DNA of 64,000 nucleotides from a virus (Duplodnaviria; Caudoviricetes), in IMG/VR virus record IMGVR_UViG_3300022752_000014. One strand, 5' to 3'. The notes below the pieces were generated by a model, which worked only from the letters and a program-made list of their open reading frames with translations, was not told where the DNA came from and searched no databases. This document shows, in pieces, positions 59,898-64,000 of the stretch (position 1 is the stretch's first letter; the number at the start of each line of letters is the position of its first letter). Position numbers and translations under genes: made by a program.

Positions 59898-60328
59898 AAA
59901 TGACAAAAAAATTTGATGAATTGAATAATACATTTAACGTATCTGGAGAAATTGTTTCTGCTGATATTGATAATTCAATCGAAAAAGTAGAAAAAATTGC
60001 AACAACTGTAGATGATGTCAAAAAAGACTACGAATACACCAGAGGAAATTTATATTCTTTAATTGAAAAGGGGCAAGAAGCAATTAATGGGATTCTTGAA
60101 CTTGCCCAAGAAAGTGAAATGCCTAGAGCCTATGAAGTTGCCGGTCAACTTATTAAAAATGTAGCAGATGCAACTGATAAGTTAATGGATCTTCAGAAAA
60201 AATTAAAAGATATTGAAGAGGAAAAAGTTGGTAAAGGTCCAACGACTGTGAATAATGCTTTATTTGTTGGGTCCACTGCAGAATTAGCAAAGTTACTCAA
60301 ACAACAATCTCAAGATGAAAACGTTTAA
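59894..60328 (+). CDS. gp16: terminase small subunit gp16
   Basis: DYEYTRGNLYSLIEKGQEAINGILELAQESEMPRAYEVAGQLIK...FVGSTAEL. Confidence 0.95.
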   Translation: MKMTKKFDELNNTFNVSGEIVSADIDNSIEKVEKIATTVDDVKKDYEYTRGNLYSLIEKGQEAINGILELAQESEMPRAYEVAGQLIKNVADATDKLMDLQKKLKDIEEEKVGKGPTTVNNALFVGSTAELAKLLKQQSQDENV

Positions 60329-60470
60329 ACAGTTTCAAGAAGAGTGGACTAATAAATATAAAAAGAGTATTGATTGCTCTAATCCAAAAGGGTTTTCTCA
60401 ACGCGCTCATTGTGCGGGGAGAAGAAAAAGAGCAAAAGGTGAGCAGACTAAATCAAAACCAGTTGAATAA
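60315..60470 (+). CDS. small protein with a T4 IP-like N-terminus
   Basis: Read by hand: MKTFKQFQEEWTNKYKKSIDCSNPKGFSQRAHCAGRRKR. Confidence 0.7.
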   Translation: MKTFKQFQEEWTNKYKKSIDCSNPKGFSQRAHCAGRRKRAKGEQTKSKPVE

Positions 60471-62155
60471 TGCCCAGAATCAAACCACATAAAACAGTTG
60501 AGCAAATTGCAAAGAAGCATCGTCTTGATGTTTCTTTCATTCAAAAGCAACTTGATATGGGCGAACCTATTGAACATGAACATACAAAAGATCATAAACT
60601 TGCTATGGACATTGCTCTTCAGCATTTAGATGAAATTCCAGACTACTATACTCGCCTCAAAAAAATGGAAGCAGATGCTAAAAAACATCATAAAAAGTTC
60701 AAAGATGTTACTGAAGAAGGTCTTCAAGATTGGTATAGAAGTAAATCAAAAGATGGTAAGCGTGGTTGGGTAAATGTTGTTACGGGCGGAACTTGTGCAA
60801 GTGATGAACCTGGAGAAGGAGTTCCTAAGTGTGTATCTTCAGAAAAAAGAGCAAGCATGACTCCAGCAGAAAGGCTTTCTGCAGCGAGAAGAAAAAAAGC
60901 AGCAGATCCTGGACAACAAGAAAAGACAGGTGCAGCAAAACCAACTTATGTTCCTACCGATAAACCAAAAAATAAAATGAAAGAAGAAATGGATTTACAA
61001 GAAGTAAAAGATAAACCAGGCAAAGGTAGTGGAACAAAAGATGCCTGTTATCATAAAGTAAAATCACGTTACAGTGTTTGGCCATCTGCATACGCATCAG
61101 GAGCACTTGTCAAATGTCGTAAAGTGGGTGCAGATAACTGGGGTAATAAATCAGAAGCAGTCGAAGAGCAAAGATATTGTCCTTTATGTGATAAGAGAGA
61201 AACAAGGTCTGAATGTTCTTATGGTGGAAAGGCATGGGATAAAGTTTCTGTCAAAGACCATGAGTATTCAATGGCAAGGTCAGAACTTTCCACGATTGCA
61301 AATGCAGTTAAAAGACTTGAAAAGAAAGTAGGTAAAGGTGAAGGAGATCTTGAAGCTTGGGTTCAATCAAAAATTACCAAAGCAGCAGATTATATTGATA
61401 CTGCAGCAGATTATCTTGATAGTGGCGAAATGGAAGAAATGAAATGTTGGCCTGGTTATAAAAAAAAGGGAACTCAAGAATTATTCGGAAAAAAATATAA
61501 TCGTTGTGTTAAAAAAGAAAACGTAACTATTGAAGATGCAAATGGAAATACTTTTGCTGAAGTTGTAGATATAATCAAACCAGAACCCATTAAGGGATTT
61601 AAATCTCAATTAGATGAGGCAACACGTCTACAAGCAGAAACTGGTAACATAATTTCAATTACAATTTCTTGGAGAGGAAAATACCACGGTATTCAAATGT
61701 TTTTCCCACAAACAAAATTACCTACCAGAAATGAAATTTCAGATGAAATTAATAAAGTTTATCCAGGCGCAAAAGTAATTTATCATTCAGTTTCTGAAAT
61801 CAAACCAGGGCAACCATTGATTAGGATTGGTTATCAAGGCGGAAGTTCTGCAAAACCAGGGTCAAATAAAAATTATGTAAAAACAATGGGCGAAGAAGTT
61901 GTTTCTGAAGTTGCAGCATGGCAGCGTAAGGAGGGTAAAAATAAAAAAGGTGGACTTAACGAAAAAGGACGCAAATCTTACGAAGCAGAACATCCTGGAA
62001 GTGACCTTAAAGCACCTAGCAAAAAGGTTGGAAATCCCCGTAGAAAGAGTTTCTGTGCTCGAATGAAAGGTATGAAGGCAAAACTAACAAGTGCAAAAAC
62101 TGCACGAGATCCTGATTCAAGAATCAATAAATCTCTTAGAGCTTGGAATTGTTAA
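60470..62155 (+). CDS. modular basic head-associated protein (DUF5661/DUF5872/DUF6321-like blocks)
   Basis: Blocks EHEH...QHLDEIPDYY, DACYHKVK...WPSAYASG, AWQRKEGKN..GGLN...RRKSFCARM separated by acidic linkers. Confidence 0.7.
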   Translation: MPRIKPHKTVEQIAKKHRLDVSFIQKQLDMGEPIEHEHTKDHKLAMDIALQHLDEIPDYYTRLKKMEADAKKHHKKFKDVTEEGLQDWYRSKSKDGKRGWVNVVTGGTCASDEPGEGVPKCVSSEKRASMTPAERLSAARRKKAADPGQQEKTGAAKPTYVPTDKPKNKMKEEMDLQEVKDKPGKGSGTKDACYHKVKSRYSVWPSAYASGALVKCRKVGADNWGNKSEAVEEQRYCPLCDKRETRSECSYGGKAWDKVSVKDHEYSMARSELSTIANAVKRLEKKVGKGEGDLEAWVQSKITKAADYIDTAADYLDSGEMEEMKCWPGYKKKGTQELFGKKYNRCVKKENVTIEDANGNTFAEVVDIIKPEPIKGFKSQLDEATRLQAETGNIISITISWRGKYHGIQMFFPQTKLPTRNEISDEINKVYPGAKVIYHSVSEIKPGQPLIRIGYQGGSSAKPGSNKNYVKTMGEEVVSEVAAWQRKEGKNKKGGLNEKGRKSYEAEHPGSDLKAPSKKVGNPRRKSFCARMKGMKAKLTSAKTARDPDSRINKSLRAWNC

Positions 62156-62172
62156 TATAAAGGAACTTTATT

Positions 62173-63822
62173 ATGTCAAATGATGTTTATCTTGGTAATC
62201 CGCTTCTAAAAAAAGCAAACACTCCTATTGAGTTTACTCAAGAGCAAATTCTTGAGTTTGTTAAGTGTAAAGATGATCCGGTTTACTTTGCAAAAAACTA
62301 TGTAAAAATTGTAACGCTGGATCATGGTCTACAGACATTCCAACCATACCATTTCCAAGAGAAATTAATCAATAATTTTCATCAACACAGATTTAATATC
62401 TGTAAAATGCCACGACAGACTGGTAAGTCTACAACAGTTGTTTCTTTCCTATTGCATTATGCAGTTTTCAATGACAACGTAAATATTGGTATTCTTGCAA
62501 ACAAAGCAGCAACTGCAAGAGAGTTGCTTGATAGATTACAAACTGCATATGAAAATTTACCCAAGTGGATGCAGCAGGGTATTATTGCTTGGAATAAAGG
62601 ATCATTGGAGTTAGAAAATGGCAGTAAGATATTGGCAGCTTCTACATCTGCGAGTGCTGTCCGAGGTATGTCGTTTAATATCCTCTTCCTCGACGAATTC
62701 GCTTTCGTTCCAAACCATATTGCAGATTCCTTCTTTGCATCTGTTTATCCTACTATTACTTCTGGTAAACAAACAAAAGTCATCATAGTCTCCACTCCAC
62801 ACGGTATGAATCATTTCTACCGTATGTGGCACGATGCCGAAAAAGGTAAAAACGAATATGTATTTACGGATGTTCACTGGAGTGAAGTTCCTGGTCGTGA
62901 TGAAGAATGGAAAAAACAAACTATTGCAAACACTTCAGATCAACAATTCAAAGTAGAATTTGAATGCGAATTTTTAGGATCTGTTGATACTTTGATTGCA
63001 CCAAGTAAACTCAGAACCCTCGTATACGACGCCCCTAAGACCCGTAGTGCGGGTTTAGATGTTTATGAAGACCCAGTAGAGAATCACGATTATTTGATTA
63101 CTGTAGACGTTGCTAGAGGGGTAGGAAATGATTATTCAGCGTTCACAGTAGTGGATATTACTCAGTTTCCTCATAAAGTTGTCGCTAAGTATCGAAATAA
63201 TGAAATTAAACCAATGCTTTTTCCAAGTATAATTCACGAAACTGCAACTGCTTATAATAGTTCTTATATTCTATGTGAAGTTAATGATGTTGGAGACCAA
63301 GTAGCAAGCATTCTTCAATATGATCTTGAATACAATAATCTTTTAATGTGCTCAATGAGAGGAAGAGCTGGTCAAATTGTGGGGCAGGGTTTTTCTGGAA
63401 AGAAAACTCAACTTGGAGTTAAGATGTCCAAAACTGTTAAAAAAGTTGGATGCCTCAATTTAAAAACAATGATTGAAGAAAGTAAGTTACTTATTTCTGA
63501 TTACGAAATTATTTCAGAACTAACGACATTTATTCAAAAACACAATTCATTTGAGGCAGAAGAAGGATGTAATGATGACCTTGCAATGTGCCTTGTAATC
63601 TATGCTTGGTTGGTCGCACAAGATTATTTTAAAGAACTTACAGATCAAGATGTAAGAAAGAGATTATATGAAGAACAAAAAAATCAAATTGAACAGGATA
63701 TGTCCCCATTTGGATTTATCTCTGATGGATTAGATGATTCAAGTTTCGTAGATACTGATGGTGATAGATGGTTTACTGACGAGTATGGTGATCGTGCATA
63801 TATGTGGGAGTATCTTTCTTAA
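62173..63822 (+). CDS. gp17: terminase large subunit gp17
   Basis: PRQTGKST, LDEFAFVP, VSTPHG, DVARG, DDLAM. Confidence 0.97.
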   Translation: MSNDVYLGNPLLKKANTPIEFTQEQILEFVKCKDDPVYFAKNYVKIVTLDHGLQTFQPYHFQEKLINNFHQHRFNICKMPRQTGKSTTVVSFLLHYAVFNDNVNIGILANKAATARELLDRLQTAYENLPKWMQQGIIAWNKGSLELENGSKILAASTSASAVRGMSFNILFLDEFAFVPNHIADSFFASVYPTITSGKQTKVIIVSTPHGMNHFYRMWHDAEKGKNEYVFTDVHWSEVPGRDEEWKKQTIANTSDQQFKVEFECEFLGSVDTLIAPSKLRTLVYDAPKTRSAGLDVYEDPVENHDYLITVDVARGVGNDYSAFTVVDITQFPHKVVAKYRNNEIKPMLFPSIIHETATAYNSSYILCEVNDVGDQVASILQYDLEYNNLLMCSMRGRAGQIVGQGFSGKKTQLGVKMSKTVKKVGCLNLKTMIEESKLLISDYEIISELTTFIQKHNSFEAEEGCNDDLAMCLVIYAWLVAQDYFKELTDQDVRKRLYEEQKNQIEQDMSPFGFISDGLDDSSFVDTDGDRWFTDEYGDRAYMWEYLS

Positions 63823-64000
63823 TGGAACTTGATAAGCAAATACGATTAGGTCATTTGTTGCTTGTTGATAGAAAATGTAGAGTCTGCGGAGAAATGAAAA
63901 ATTTGATAGATGGATTTTACCAAACTCGCAAAGATAGGGGTCCAGTTGCATCTTCATATTCTTATGAGTGTAAAGAATGCACCATACACAGAATCATCGA
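63822..64000 (+). CDS. zinc-ribbon small protein, runs off the window
   Basis: RKCRVCGEMK...YECKEC. Confidence 0.65.
   Translation, partial: MELDKQIRLGHLLLVDRKCRVCGEMKNLIDGFYQTRKDRGPVASSYSYECKECTIHRII

Noticed and set aside
62173-63822. Intron or intein in terminase gp17
   Set aside because: Continuous 549-aa frame of normal size with all motifs in order.
1445-63957. Most - strand ORFs in the track (e.g. 3028-3405, 19150-19704, 19903-20418, 29111-29596, 57886-58227) and nested alternative-frame + ORFs
   Set aside because: They shadow well-supported + strand genes and have no RBS, promoter or motifs; only the HNH ORF was accepted.
1-64000. tRNA/rRNA genes, photosynthesis genes (psbA, hli) or stop-codon recoding
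   Set aside because: No cloverleaf or T-loop signatures were found in intergenic gaps, no such proteins appear in the ORFs, and the long core genes read through in the standard code.

Overview
Fragment of a T4-like cyanophage (Kyanoviridae-like myovirus) genome; almost every real gene is on the + strand. Four zones: (1) 1-4.7 kb late/virion accessory genes (Kelch-like tandem propeller protein, 2OG-Fe(II) hydroxylase, two fibre/decoration proteins); (2) 4.8-16.5 kb small early-type genes behind stem-loop-containing sigma70-like promoters, including a DUF4385-like gene broken by an antisense HNH endonuclease; (3) 16.5-30.4 kb accessory island cut into modules by 11 near-identical copies of a 30-bp element (AAGGGGGGACGCCCAAAGTGGACCTATAGT) placed at gene junctions, with modules carrying an SF2 helicase, a candidate complete restriction-modification pair, a ligase-like KxDG protein, very acidic microproteins and proteins with a T4-like capsid-targeting N-terminus, ending in two structured non-coding blocks; (4) 30.9-64 kb core: glycosyltransferase-like gene, gp25, gp6, gp7, gp8, VrlC/DUF4815-like, gp13, gp14, gp15, gp16, a modular head-associated protein and gp17, with T4-type late promoters. 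No tRNA, rRNA or CRISPR array was seen. Family assignments come from motif recognition and memory, not database searches.
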